From a bacterium (GTDB taxonomy: Bacteria; UBA8248), in contig OY843592.1 in assembly GCA_963692865.2 (NCBI GenBank), positions 2,688,001 to 2,752,000 of the forward strand: DNA of 64,000 nucleotides, read 5' to 3'. Positions within the stretch are counted from its first letter, which is position 1. Each line of letters starts with the position of its first letter. The translations under genes and the position numbers were made by a program. The notes under the pieces were generated by a model. The model was not told the origin of the DNA, did no database searches, and saw only the letters and a program-made list of their open reading frames with translations. Positions 17,852 through 27,416 of the stretch are shown piece after piece.

Positions 17852-18955
17852 ATGTTCATGGTCGAGTCCGGTCCACTGCCCGAAGGCACGGTGCGGTTCC
17901 CCGCAGAAGTCATCGAAGAGTTCGTCTACACCATATTCCGCAGTAAGCACGTGCCCGAGGACGACGCCCGCCTGGTGGCGAAAGTATTGGTCAGCGCCGA
18001 TTTGAGAGGCATCCGCAGCCACGGGGCGGCGCGGCTGACCTTCTTCATGGTTCGCCTCGAAAACGGCGTGCTCAACAACAGGCCCGACATGAAGTTCCAC
18101 AAGGGAAGCGACACCACCGGCCTTCTCGACGCGGACGACGCCATCGGCATCGTCGCCTCGAACCGCGCAATGGACGAAGCCCTCGCCATGGCGGAAAAAC
18201 ACGGCTCCGGCTTCGTGACAGTACGCAACAGCAGCCACTTCGGCTACGCGGGCTATTGGGCGAAAAAGGCGATGGAGGCGGGCTACATCGGCATCAGCAT
18301 GACGAACGGCGGTCGCCGCACGGCGCCCACTTTCGGAGCGGAGGCGCTCTTCGGCACCAATCCGATGAGCGTGGCGATACCCGGCGGGCCGGGCGGGACC
18401 GACTTTCACCTCGATATGGCCACCGCCGTGACGGCCGTCGGCAAAATCGAGACGGCCCTGCGCGAGGGCCGGGAAATCCCCAAAGGCTGGGTGCTCTCCT
18501 CGCTTGGAACGCCCACGCTCAACGAGAAGAGCATACTGAACTACGAGGTGCCTCTCGCGCCCCTGGGCGGCGAGGGCGACGAAACCGGCGGCCACAAGGG
18601 TTACGGTTTACAACTGATGATCGAGCTTCTATGCGGCGTGCTCTCGGGCGCGGGTCTCGAAAACCGCATGGCGGGGGCTGCGGGAACGGCGAAATCCGCT
18701 ACGGGCCATTTCATGGGCGCGATCAAGATGTCGGGCTTCCGGGACCTGTCCGCCATGTTCGGCGACATGGGAAGACTCTTCAAGACCATCCGTGGGGCGA
18801 AGAAGGCGCCGGGCCACGATCGCATCTACATTCACGGCGAGCCGGAGGCGATCGCCGAGGAGGAGAACAGGCGGGTCGGCGTGCCCATAACGCCCGCCGT
18901 CCTGGAGCAGATACAAAAGCTGAACGAGGAACTCGAACTCGGGTTTGAGCTTTAA
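17852..18955 (+). CDS. LDH2/MDH2 (ComC/AllD-like) oxidoreductase, copy 1
   Basis: ADLRG..SHG, NSSHFG, GTNP, DMAT, GHKGYGL. Confidence 0.92.
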   Translation: MFMVESGPLPEGTVRFPAEVIEEFVYTIFRSKHVPEDDARLVAKVLVSADLRGIRSHGAARLTFFMVRLENGVLNNRPDMKFHKGSDTTGLLDADDAIGIVASNRAMDEALAMAEKHGSGFVTVRNSSHFGYAGYWAKKAMEAGYIGISMTNGGRRTAPTFGAEALFGTNPMSVAIPGGPGGTDFHLDMATAVTAVGKIETALREGREIPKGWVLSSLGTPTLNEKSILNYEVPLAPLGGEGDETGGHKGYGLQLMIELLCGVLSGAGLENRMAGAAGTAKSATGHFMGAIKMSGFRDLSAMFGDMGRLFKTIRGAKKAPGHDRIYIHGEPEAIAEEENRRVGVPITPAVLEQIQKLNEELELGFEL

Positions 18956-19125
18956 GGCGTCTAGCCGCACCGATGAGGGAAAACCACCGTCAAAAACAAA
19001 GGCGGACGGAAGCGGGGGTCCGCCCTTACGAAGGATGAATCTTGACCCAAAAACGAGGGCTTACCGGCCCAGACGCGGGAGGGAGGGTGATTCTCGCTCG
19101 CCCGGAGGAGCGCCGGGAAATTCGC

Positions 19126-19713
19126 CTAGGAGCCGGCGGCCCGCTTGAGGTAGGCGACGACCTCGGGCGCGTCCCATTTGCGAACGCCGATAATCTTCTG
19201 AAGGAGACGGCCCTGGCGGTCCACGATAAAAGTCTCCGGCACGCCGGTCGTGCGGTAGAGCTTCTTGATGCTACCGCGCGGGTCGAGAAGAACCGGAAAC
19301 GAGAGGCCGAAGCGCTCGACGAATTTCCGTACCGCGTCCGCCCCCAGCGCGTCGATGCTCACCGCCAGTATCTCGAACGGCGCGCCTTCCCTTTTCATCC
19401 GGGCGTAGAGGCGCTGCAAATCCGGCATTTCATCCAGGCACGGCACGCACCACGTGGCCCACACGTTGATGAGCACCACCTTGTTCTTTTGGTTCATGAG
19501 GGAGGCGCTCCCCCCGCCCAGAAGCGGGTACTCGAAAGGGGGAGCCCGGCCGCCGATTTCGGGATTGGGCGCGGGCGCTTGCTCGACGCGTTCCGTCGTC
19601 AGGCGCTCGCCCACCGCCCAGAGCAGCGTAATCAATACCGGCGCCAGGATGAACGAAACGGCCAGCCTCTTGGCCTTTCGCTGATCGGAACCCGGGTTTT
19701 TCGACGCTTCCAT
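19126..19713 (-). CDS. TlpA/ResA/CcmG-like thiol-disulfide oxidoreductase
   Basis: N-terminal TM, WATWCVPC, GVPETF. Confidence 0.9.
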   Translation of the reverse strand: MEASKNPGSDQRKAKRLAVSFILAPVLITLLWAVGERLTTERVEQAPAPNPEIGGRAPPFEYPLLGGGSASLMNQKNKVVLINVWATWCVPCLDEMPDLQRLYARMKREGAPFEILAVSIDALGADAVRKFVERFGLSFPVLLDPRGSIKKLYRTTGVPETFIVDRQGRLLQKIIGVRKWDAPEVVAYLKRAAGS

Positions 19714-19717
19714 ATTT

Positions 19718-20401
19718 TCAGCTTTTCTCGCCGAGCAGGTGCCCCACCAAAGCGAAGGCGGCCTCGCTGTCCCATTCGCGGGCTCCTGCACCGTAGCCCG
19801 CCACCCGGCCTTTTCTGTCCACGAGATACGTCGTCGGCAGGCCACGCACCTTGTAGAGCGCCTTCGCCTTGTGCTCGGGGTCGAGGACGATGGGAAAAGT
19901 CAGCTTCAGCTTCGCGACGAATTCACGCACATCATCTTCATTGCCCTGATCCAGCGATACCGCCACGATCTCGAGCCCTTGCGGCTTATATTTCGCATAA
20001 AGCCGCTCCATCGAGGGCATTTCCCGAATGCACGGCTGGCACCACGTCGCCCAGAAATTCACCAGGACAAGCTTTCCTGCGTGCCGCGCGAGAGCATGAT
20101 TCTGCCCATCCAGGGCTTTGAGCAGCACATCCGGCGCATCGGCGCGCTTGACCTGCTTCAAAAAACTCATGTCGCGGTATAAGGCAGCGTCATCCCCCGC
20201 CTGCGCTTTGCTCTTTACCTGCTGCTGCTTTGTCTCCGCCTCATGCGTCGGAGTCACTTCTTGATTTCCGAAATACACGATCATCCAGACTACCAGGACG
20301 AGACTAATCACCATCCCGATCAACCGCCACTTGATGCTCCGGCGGGGCGTTGAGAGCCCATCGAGACTTCTGGCGAGTTCGGTTTTGGGATTATAAGTCA
20401 T
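19718..20401 (-). CDS. TlpA/ResA/CcmG-like thiol-disulfide oxidoreductase
   Basis: N-terminal TM, NFWATWCQPC, GLPTTY. Confidence 0.9.
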   Translation of the reverse strand: MTYNPKTELARSLDGLSTPRRSIKWRLIGMVISLVLVVWMIVYFGNQEVTPTHEAETKQQQVKSKAQAGDDAALYRDMSFLKQVKRADAPDVLLKALDGQNHALARHAGKLVLVNFWATWCQPCIREMPSMERLYAKYKPQGLEIVAVSLDQGNEDDVREFVAKLKLTFPIVLDPEHKAKALYKVRGLPTTYLVDRKGRVAGYGAGAREWDSEAAFALVGHLLGEKS

Positions 20402-20432
20402 CTGCAAACTCCCGGCGGCGAAGTATGGCGGC

Positions 20433-20921
20433 TCACCCCTCGAAATCACCAAGTTCGCGCCTAAGGCGATTTTCCAAGGGGTCATCCGAGGCGGTTTCTT
20501 GAGGGACTTCTCCTCCCGCCTCGTTTTGCTCGGCGTCGTCGGGGCGCTTCGTCCACGCCCTCACGAGTACGAAGACCACGCCGAAGCCCGCCAGCACCCC
20601 CCCGAAAGGAAGAAGCCATGCGGTGAGATAAAAACCCTCCGCCGGTGGTTTCGGCAGGACTTCCCGGCCGTAAACTTCTACGAAATACCGGACGATCTGC
20701 TCTTTCGTCTCCCCGGCGAATATCTTGCGGCGAACGAGTTCCCTGAGCTGGGCGCCTTCGCTGCTCGGGCAGTCGTGGAGCAATTTCCCCGGACACACCG
20801 GACTCATGAGCTCCCCCGCCACTTCGGAGAAGGTGGTCTTGGCTCCCGGCGAGGCGGCTCTGGCCTCCGGATGCGCGCAGAATGCGAGCACGAGGCATAC
20901 GGCGAGACAAAAGCGCATCAT
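20433..20921 (-). CDS. ccmH: cytochrome c biogenesis protein CcmH/CcmL
   Basis: Signal peptide, LMSPVCPG...DCPS, G...EQI..YFV..YG..VL..PP, AW.LP. Confidence 0.85.
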   Translation of the reverse strand: MMRFCLAVCLVLAFCAHPEARAASPGAKTTFSEVAGELMSPVCPGKLLHDCPSSEGAQLRELVRRKIFAGETKEQIVRYFVEVYGREVLPKPPAEGFYLTAWLLPFGGVLAGFGVVFVLVRAWTKRPDDAEQNEAGGEVPQETASDDPLENRLRRELGDFEG

Positions 20922-21052
20922 GGGGAATCTCCCCTGGATTTAAGTTTTTTCTCCTCCTCGACCAAATTATCCATTCGCGTCTTGAGAGTCCACCAGTAAA
21001 TCGCAAAGCCGCCCAGAACGACGATGTACGCCGCCGTCACGTAGCCCATCAT
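20918..21052 (-). CDS. ccmD: CcmD-like small membrane protein, 44 aa
   Basis: MMGYVTAAYIVVLGGFAIYWW plus charged tail; ATGA-coupled to ccmC and ccmH. Confidence 0.75.
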   Translation of the reverse strand: MMGYVTAAYIVVLGGFAIYWWTLKTRMDNLVEEEKKLKSRGDSP

Positions 21053-21744
21053 CCTCCCTCCCGCGCAGAGCGCGCCTGTTCCACCCGCGCCTTCAGGCGC
21101 TCGATTTGCGCGCGCTTTCTGGCGAAACAGGCGAAAAGGAGCGTAAAGGCCAGCAGGGTGCTCCACAAGGCGACGTGCATGGAATCGGGCAGGTCCCTTA
21201 AGCCCCCCGAGCGCATCACCACGGGCTTTGGATGCAGCGTGCGCCACCATTCCACCGACATGTGCACGATGGGCACGTTCAAAAAGCCGATGATCCCCAT
21301 CACGGCGGCGAAGCGCGCCCTCTGGTCCGGCTCCGTCATGTAGGCGCGCAGCATGAGATACCCCACGTATATCATCCACAGGATGAGCGTGGTGGTGAGC
21401 CGCGCGTCCCACGTCCACCACACGCCCCACACCGGTCGCGCCCAGATGGGTCCCGTGATGAGCACCAGCGTGCAAAAGACGACCCCCGCTTCCGCGGAGG
21501 CGTGCGCGCGAACGTCGTCTTCAGGGTTTCTCGTGACGAGATATTTTATCGAGAAGATGAAAACGAGAAAAAAAGCGAAAAACGCCACCCAGGCCGAGGG
21601 CACGTGGATGTAGAAAATCCGCTGCGGCGTCCCCTGGAGCCTGTCGGTTCCTGCAACGAACAAATCCGCATATATGGCGAAGGCGAGAATGATCAGAGTG
21701 AACACCGGCAACCAAATGAACGCCCCCCGCTCGTTTTGATCCAT
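21049..21744 (-). CDS. ccmC: heme exporter/CcmE-loading protein CcmC
   Basis: RIFYIHVP, WWD domain (WARPVWGVWWTWDARLT), WWRTLHP. Confidence 0.96.
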   Translation of the reverse strand: MDQNERGAFIWLPVFTLIILAFAIYADLFVAGTDRLQGTPQRIFYIHVPSAWVAFFAFFLVFIFSIKYLVTRNPEDDVRAHASAEAGVVFCTLVLITGPIWARPVWGVWWTWDARLTTTLILWMIYVGYLMLRAYMTEPDQRARFAAVMGIIGFLNVPIVHMSVEWWRTLHPKPVVMRSGGLRDLPDSMHVALWSTLLAFTLLFACFARKRAQIERLKARVEQARSAREGG

Positions 21745-21826
21745 CAAACCCTTCTCCCGGCGGCGCGAAACGGCGGCCTGCAAATATAAAGTATTCCAGT
21801 ACATATAGAAACATAAGGCATTGATA

Positions 21827-22516
21827 TTATTCTTCTAATATATATTCAAAAACAACAGAGGCGGCCACCAAGAATACCACATCATACACCAACATCAAGC
21901 GAATCCAATCTACCGAATCCGCCCATCCACCCCCGCCGAGATGGGCTTCCGTCGCCTTTACGGCGGCTATCAGGACTGGCACGAGAACGGGAAACATCAG
22001 GACGGGCAGCAATACCTCGCGCGTTCGCGTGCGCGCGCTCATGGCGGAGAAAAGCGCGCCGGCGGCCGCAATTCCGATGGTCGCGCAAACAGCGACGAGC
22101 GCGAGAACGCCTGCCGATTTCCACACGTCCGCCTGGTAGAGAACCGCCAGAACGACGAAGCCCACCAACTCCATGATCCCCATCAAAACGACCGCAGAAG
22201 CCACTTTGCCGAGATACAGCGCAGAAGGATCGGCGGGGCTTGCGTACATGGCAGAAAAGCCCGCGCTCTCGCGCTCGACGCCCATCGTGCGGGACAGTCC
22301 GATGACGCTGGCGAACAGGAACGATATCCACAAGATTCCCGCCTGTAAGGCGCGGGCGTTCTCCCGGCTTCCGCCTCCCGGCCCGAAGGCGAAGCTGAAC
22401 AGCGTCAGCACGAGCAGCGCGAAAACCACCATAACGAAGAGGCTTTCCCTCGTCCGCCATTCGAGGCGCAGATCCTTTTCCGCCACAGCAAGGAAGACGG
22501 AGAAAAAACGCCTCAT
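21827..22516 (-). CDS. ccmB: heme exporter protein CcmB
   Basis: KDLRLEWR, GILW, ERE.G, GK, LLP.L.FP..VP. Confidence 0.93.
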   Translation of the reverse strand: MRRFFSVFLAVAEKDLRLEWRTRESLFVMVVFALLVLTLFSFAFGPGGGSRENARALQAGILWISFLFASVIGLSRTMGVERESAGFSAMYASPADPSALYLGKVASAVVLMGIMELVGFVVLAVLYQADVWKSAGVLALVAVCATIGIAAAGALFSAMSARTRTREVLLPVLMFPVLVPVLIAAVKATEAHLGGGGWADSVDWIRLMLVYDVVFLVAASVVFEYILEE

Positions 22517-23226
22517 GCCGAGCCTCCGGTGGAATCATCGAAAGCGGCCATCACTTCTTCCTGGCTCGAATTTTCCGCATCTTCCTCATATACGAGCCTG
22601 CCCCCTGCCAAAACGGCGATTTTATCGCTCATCTCGAAGGCTTTTGCGAGGTCGTGCGTCGTGAACACCATGATGCGCTCGCTGCCCCCACAAAGCGCGC
22701 CCACGACGTTCTCCAGGCGTCCCGCCGCCTCGGGGTCGAGGCCGGCGAAAGGCTCATCGAGCAGCACGATTCCGGGTTCGTGCAAAAGCGCGCGCGCCAG
22801 GGCCGCGCGCTGCCTGAGACCCTGGCTCAATACGCGCACGGGCTCATCGAGACGCTCCGAGATGTCGAGCGTCTCCGCCAAAGACCCCACACGACCCGGT
22901 ATGTCTCCGCTCGTCACGCTGAAGAGTTTGGCGAAATAATCGAGGTTTTCACGGATCGTCAGCCCCTCATAGAGCATGGGCTCGTGCGTGAGGAGGCCGA
23001 TTCCCCCTTTCGCATCGCGTGAGAGCGTCTCACCGTCCACGCGCACCGCCCCTTCAGTCGGCCTCAGCAGGCCGGCCAGGGTCTTGAGGAGAGTCGTCTT
23101 GCCAGAGCCGTTCTTGCCGAGCAGAGCGAGCGTTTCACCCGACGAGACGGCGAGATTCAAATCCCTGAGCGCCCATCTCCATCCGTATCGCCTGGATACG
23201 CCGAGAGCCTCCAGCATGTCATCCAC
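22513..23226 (-). CDS. ccmA: heme exporter ATPase CcmA
   Basis: GKNGSGKTT, LSQG..QR, LLDEPF; directly upstream of ccmB. Confidence 0.9.
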   Translation of the reverse strand: MDDMLEALGVSRRYGWRWALRDLNLAVSSGETLALLGKNGSGKTTLLKTLAGLLRPTEGAVRVDGETLSRDAKGGIGLLTHEPMLYEGLTIRENLDYFAKLFSVTSGDIPGRVGSLAETLDISERLDEPVRVLSQGLRQRAALARALLHEPGIVLLDEPFAGLDPEAAGRLENVVGALCGGSERIMVFTTHDLAKAFEMSDKIAVLAGGRLVYEEDAENSSQEEVMAAFDDSTGGSA

Positions 23227-24133
23227 CCTCTTGGTCTGAGAGTTCTTTCAGGCGCTCGAAACGCGGGGCGCGCTCGTCAGCGTGCTCCTCGGAGGATATC
23301 TCTCCCGAAGCGAGTCTGTCGTCGAGCACCGCGATGGCGCGCAATATCTCCTCTCGCTCCACCTGGGCGGAGTAGGCCATGTTCCTTCTCTTGCGGACGT
23401 AGAATCCAAGTCCCAAGCTCAAGACGACTACAACGCCCCCCACGACGTAAAAAACGCCGAGACCGCCCATCGACTCGGGCGCCTGCATGTCGATTTGCAC
23501 CACCGTTCCCGCATCGGCGGCGCCCACGAAACGGTTGTATTCGCGGTTCTGAAACTCGACGGCGGGCTGAGCGGCAAGACCGATAGCCTGAGCCTGCACA
23601 CGGTCCTTCTCGGGCAGGACGGCCAGGCTCGGCGTGTCGTAGAGAATCGGCTTCTCCACCCGGATGCCGCCGAATTCATCCGCCAGGCGATAGAGGAGGA
23701 CGACGAACTTCCGCCCCGGCGGTATGGGTTCGCTCGTCCGAAGTTCATCCCCCACCGAAGCGAGATATTTCGGATCCAGCCCGGCGGGCGCTGCGCCCCA
23801 GCTCGCCCTGGGATTTCTGACGTTGCTGCTTCTCGGCAACGCGAATCGAAGCGTGGGAGCGCCTCCCCTCGACACGATGGTGGCGCTTCCCTCGTTCTCG
23901 AAATCCATCATCTCCACCACCTCGAAAAACCCCTTCTCGAGCCGGATCGTGAGGATGTTGCGCCTGAGCTTGAGGCGGGAGAGGTCCGTGGTCGCAGGGC
24001 CCGAGATTGCGGTTTTCGCCCTTGGAGGCGCGGCCTGGAGTTTCGCCGGACCCGCGGATGAGAAAAGAGGCGAGAAGCAAAGAACGAACAAGCCCGGAAT
24101 GAGCAGCCTGCGGACGGCGGCGATTCGCTTCAA
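23219..24133 (-). CDS. ccm-associated exported membrane-anchored protein with C-terminal CcmI/SHOCT-like helix
   Basis: Signal-like N-terminus, beta-rich body, one TM, then REEILRAIAVLDDRLASGEIS. Confidence 0.75.
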   Translation of the reverse strand: MKRIAAVRRLLIPGLFVLCFSPLFSSAGPAKLQAAPPRAKTAISGPATTDLSRLKLRRNILTIRLEKGFFEVVEMMDFENEGSATIVSRGGAPTLRFALPRSSNVRNPRASWGAAPAGLDPKYLASVGDELRTSEPIPPGRKFVVLLYRLADEFGGIRVEKPILYDTPSLAVLPEKDRVQAQAIGLAAQPAVEFQNREYNRFVGAADAGTVVQIDMQAPESMGGLGVFYVVGGVVVVLSLGLGFYVRKRRNMAYSAQVEREEILRAIAVLDDRLASGEISSEEHADERAPRFERLKELSDQEGG

Positions 24134-24732
24134 TTTAGCTTTCGCCCACAGGCGGAGCAGAAATTATCGGCCTGCTCCACGGCGTTCCCGCACGAGGCGC
24201 AAAACCGGGGCTTCACACTTTTCGTTTGCTCATCCGGTGGAGAATCGGGTGAATCTTCCTGCGGTTCACCAGCGCTTTTCCTGTAGCGGAGAATCTCCTC
24301 CTCCAGGCGTTCATCAAGTGATTTTTCAGCCACGACTTCCGTGGAGTCGGGCCGCACGGCATCGAGACGGGCCGCCGCCTCGGCCGCCTCGCGCTCGTTC
24401 ATCCGAACGGGCGCCATCCCCTCCTTCACCCCTTTGGCGTCGAGGCGTCGCAGCACCTCCACCGCACGGGCGCGCGCGGGCGCCATCATCTGGGCGTAGT
24501 CCTCATCGGAGAGTTTTCCCATCTCCTTGTCGAACTCGATGTCCATGATGTTCTTATAGGCCTGCTCGCGCTCCATCAACAAGCGCGTCAACTCGCGGTT
24601 CGAAAGCGGCCGCGCGTTTTCCTCCTCGGGCAGAACGCCTTGCGCCGCCTCAGGCCGCATGATGGGCCGGATGGTGTGGAAAAAAGCGGCGCCTACGGCC
24701 CCCAAAGCGACCACAATCCCGAGAATTTCCAT
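24130..24732 (-). CDS. CcmI-N-like protein with C-terminal zinc ribbon
   Basis: N-terminal TM, DIEFD..MGKLS..DY motif, CASCG...CSACG. Confidence 0.8.
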   Translation of the reverse strand: MEILGIVVALGAVGAAFFHTIRPIMRPEAAQGVLPEEENARPLSNRELTRLLMEREQAYKNIMDIEFDKEMGKLSDEDYAQMMAPARARAVEVLRRLDAKGVKEGMAPVRMNEREAAEAAARLDAVRPDSTEVVAEKSLDERLEEEILRYRKSAGEPQEDSPDSPPDEQTKSVKPRFCASCGNAVEQADNFCSACGRKLN

Positions 24733-24735
24733 AAC

Positions 24736-26700
24736 TCAAGTCCGCTTTTTTCTTCGCCTGCCCCAGCGCTCCGGCAGGAAGCAGACGATGGAGCCGAGGG
24801 TGAAAACGACGCCTCCCGCCCACACCCAGTTCACGAGCGGGTTCACCATGAATTTGAAAGTGGCCGCGCCGTCCGGGTCCGCCTCGGCGAAGACGGCGTA
24901 GATATCCGACCGCGCTCCCCGGCGGATGCCGGGTTCCGTCGTCGGCTGCGGAGGCGTGAAATAGAGCCTTTTCTCCGGCTCCACCTCTCCGATGCGATAC
25001 CCCGCCCGGTAGACGCCCAGGCGCGCGAAGGCGGAGCGGTATTGCGGCGTCGTGCTCTCGCGAAGCCCCTCAAAGCGCATCCGCACGCCGTCGAGCGCGA
25101 AGCTCTCGCCCACGCGCAGGCGCACCTCGCCCACTTCCTGATAGGCGGAGGACGCCGCCACCCCCACGAACAATATCGCCATCCCCAAATGAACGATGTA
25201 GCCTCCGAAACGCCTCTTGTTGCGCATGGTGAGCTCCCATGCCGCCCGGGCGGCGCGCTCTCCCTGGTGACGCACGCGCGAGGAGATTCCTCGCCAATAC
25301 TCAAGAGCAATCGTCCCCACCACGAACGCACACAGCCCGAACGTGAGCGCCGCATAGACGTGGCGGACGCCGAAGATCGCAAGGACGAGAAAAGCCCCCA
25401 CGGCGACTACCGAAGGGTATATGAAACTCCTGTTCATCTGCTTGCGCGAGGTCCTGCGCCACGCGAAAAGCGGACCCGCGCCGCAAAGAAATATGAGCAA
25501 AAGCCCTATCGGCACGTTCACCTGGTTGAAGAACGGCGGCCCCACGGTGACCTTCACCCCCTTCACGGCTTCGGAGACGACCGGGAAAATCGTTCCCCAG
25601 AAGACGGCGAACGTGATGCCGACGAGCACGACGTTGTTCAGGAGAAAACTCGCCTCGCGCGAGAAGAAGCTCTCCATCTCGTGTTCGCTCTGGAGTTGAG
25701 GCAGACGCCATATCATCAGCCCGAAGGATATGACGAGCGCCACCAGCAGATAGACCAGAAACGCCCAGCCGAACGATGAGTTCGCGAAAGCGTGGACGCT
25801 CGAGATGATGCCGCTTCTCGTCAGGAAAGTGCCGAATATCGTGAGGGCGTAGGTGATGATGATGAGCGAGACGTTCCAGACCTTGAGCATCCCGCGCTTT
25901 TCCTGAATCATTACCGAATGGAGAAAAGCGGTTCCCACGAGCCAGGGCATGAGGCTCGCGTTCTCCACCGGGTCCCACGCCCAGTATCCGCCCCAGCCGA
26001 GTTCCTTGTAGGCCCACGCGCCGCCGAGCAGGATGCCCACCCCGTTGAAGAACCAGGCGAACAGCGTCCAGCGCCGCGTCGAGGTGATCCAGTCGGTGTC
26101 GAGCTTCCCGCTCGCCAGTGCGCCGATGCAGAAGGCGAAGGGCACGGCGAAACCCACGTAGCCCAGATAGAGGTTGGGCGGGTGGATCACCATCCCCCAG
26201 TCCTGGAGAAGCGGATTGAGTCCGCGTCCGTCCGGGGGCGGAGTGGTTAGCGTGTCGAAAGGCGGGGTGACGAAGTTCAGAATCAGCAGGAAGAACAGCG
26301 CCGTCGCCATGAGCGTGGCCGTGACGTAAGGCATCAGTTCCAGATTCCTGTCGCGGTTTTGCCGGATGACGACGAACGCATACACGCAAAGGAGCAGGAG
26401 CCACATCAACAGGCTCCCCTCCTGCCCCCCCCAGAACGCGCTGAAGCGATAAAACCCGTTCAGGGTGTTGTTGACGTGCCCGGCCACGTACTCCACGCGG
26501 TAATCCCGCACCATGAGCAGATAGACGAGGCACGCGCTCGCGCCGCTCACCAGCCAGAATACACCGACGGCGGCGTTTCGGCCCGAGGCGATGAGGTCGG
26601 CCCTGCGCTTTTGGGCGCCGAAGACGGATGCCCCGATTCCGAACACCGCCAGGACGAGAGAAGCCAGCAAGCTGTAGTGTCCGAACTGAATGGCGATCAA
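24736..26700 (-). CDS. ccmF: heme lyase CcmF
   Basis: WGGQEGS, GLNPLLQ, HPP, WGGYWAWDPVENAS, SVHAF, H.G. Confidence 0.97.
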   Translation of the reverse strand: MIAIQFGHYSLLASLVLAVFGIGASVFGAQKRRADLIASGRNAAVGVFWLVSGASACLVYLLMVRDYRVEYVAGHVNNTLNGFYRFSAFWGGQEGSLLMWLLLLCVYAFVVIRQNRDRNLELMPYVTATLMATALFFLLILNFVTPPFDTLTTPPPDGRGLNPLLQDWGMVIHPPNLYLGYVGFAVPFAFCIGALASGKLDTDWITSTRRWTLFAWFFNGVGILLGGAWAYKELGWGGYWAWDPVENASLMPWLVGTAFLHSVMIQEKRGMLKVWNVSLIIITYALTIFGTFLTRSGIISSVHAFANSSFGWAFLVYLLVALVISFGLMIWRLPQLQSEHEMESFFSREASFLLNNVVLVGITFAVFWGTIFPVVSEAVKGVKVTVGPPFFNQVNVPIGLLLIFLCGAGPLFAWRRTSRKQMNRSFIYPSVVAVGAFLVLAIFGVRHVYAALTFGLCAFVVGTIALEYWRGISSRVRHQGERAARAAWELTMRNKRRFGGYIVHLGMAILFVGVAASSAYQEVGEVRLRVGESFALDGVRMRFEGLRESTTPQYRSAFARLGVYRAGYRIGEVEPEKRLYFTPPQPTTEPGIRRGARSDIYAVFAEADPDGAATFKFMVNPLVNWVWAGGVVFTLGSIVCFLPERWGRRRKKRT

Positions 26701-26773
26701 CGGAAAACTCCCGGGGTAGAGCGGATTTTCATGGCAACATGAGAGACGCGGGGGCGTTTACTTGGGAGCAGAG

Positions 26774-27250
26774 CTATCTGGCCCCGGTCGTTTGCTTTCG
26801 ACTCGCGGCTTCTTTCATCAAGGCTTCGTGATTCGCCGGTATGCTCTCCCCCGCCTCCTTCATTTCCTCGAATTTCGAGGGGCACGCGACCATCAGATTC
26901 TTCGCCACCAGGACGCCCTTGCCGTCTAGCTTCCCTTCGGCGATGACAGGAAACCCGTTTTCGAGCAAATCGGGGGGAACCCCCTTGTAGCTTACGGGCA
27001 AGGTTCCCTTCTCACCCTGAATATGGAAGGCGAGCAGCATGGCGTCGGGATTTTTCTTGAGCGTCCTGGGCACGATCTTCCCCTGAACCCTGATGCCCCG
27101 CCCGCCCAGAGACGGCGCCTTCCGGGCTACCTCGTCCACAGTCAGGAAATACACTAGGTTTTCGCTCTGGAACCCCGATACGGCCAGATAGGCGAACGCG
27201 CTCACGATGATCACGCCTGCGATGAGAAACTTGATTTTCTGAACGCTCAT
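26774..27250 (-). CDS. ccmE: heme chaperone CcmE, Cys-type variant (CPSKF)
   Basis: N-terminal TM, YF.T..E, V.Y.G..PD, AEG, ACPSKF; first gene of the ccm operon. Confidence 0.9.
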   Translation of the reverse strand: MSVQKIKFLIAGVIIVSAFAYLAVSGFQSENLVYFLTVDEVARKAPSLGGRGIRVQGKIVPRTLKKNPDAMLLAFHIQGEKGTLPVSYKGVPPDLLENGFPVIAEGKLDGKGVLVAKNLMVACPSKFEEMKEAGESIPANHEALMKEAASRKQTTGAR

Positions 27251-27360
27251 CCACAACCTCTCGGCGGCCCAAAACAGCGCGGTTCAAGAATACGACGCCC
27301 CATGGTTTCTTTCAACCGACTGACGAACATAACCCCTGCCATGTTTCATCATTTTCAAAG

Positions 27361-27393
27361 AAAAACCGGCGGAGCCGTATGAACTCCGCCGGT
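27361..27393 (-). terminator. rho-independent terminator of ilvC
   Basis: ACCGGCGGAG/CTCCGCCGGT stem followed by a T-run on the minus strand. Confidence 0.75.
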
Positions 27394-27416
27394 CGCGATT
27401 TCTACAGGATGCTATC

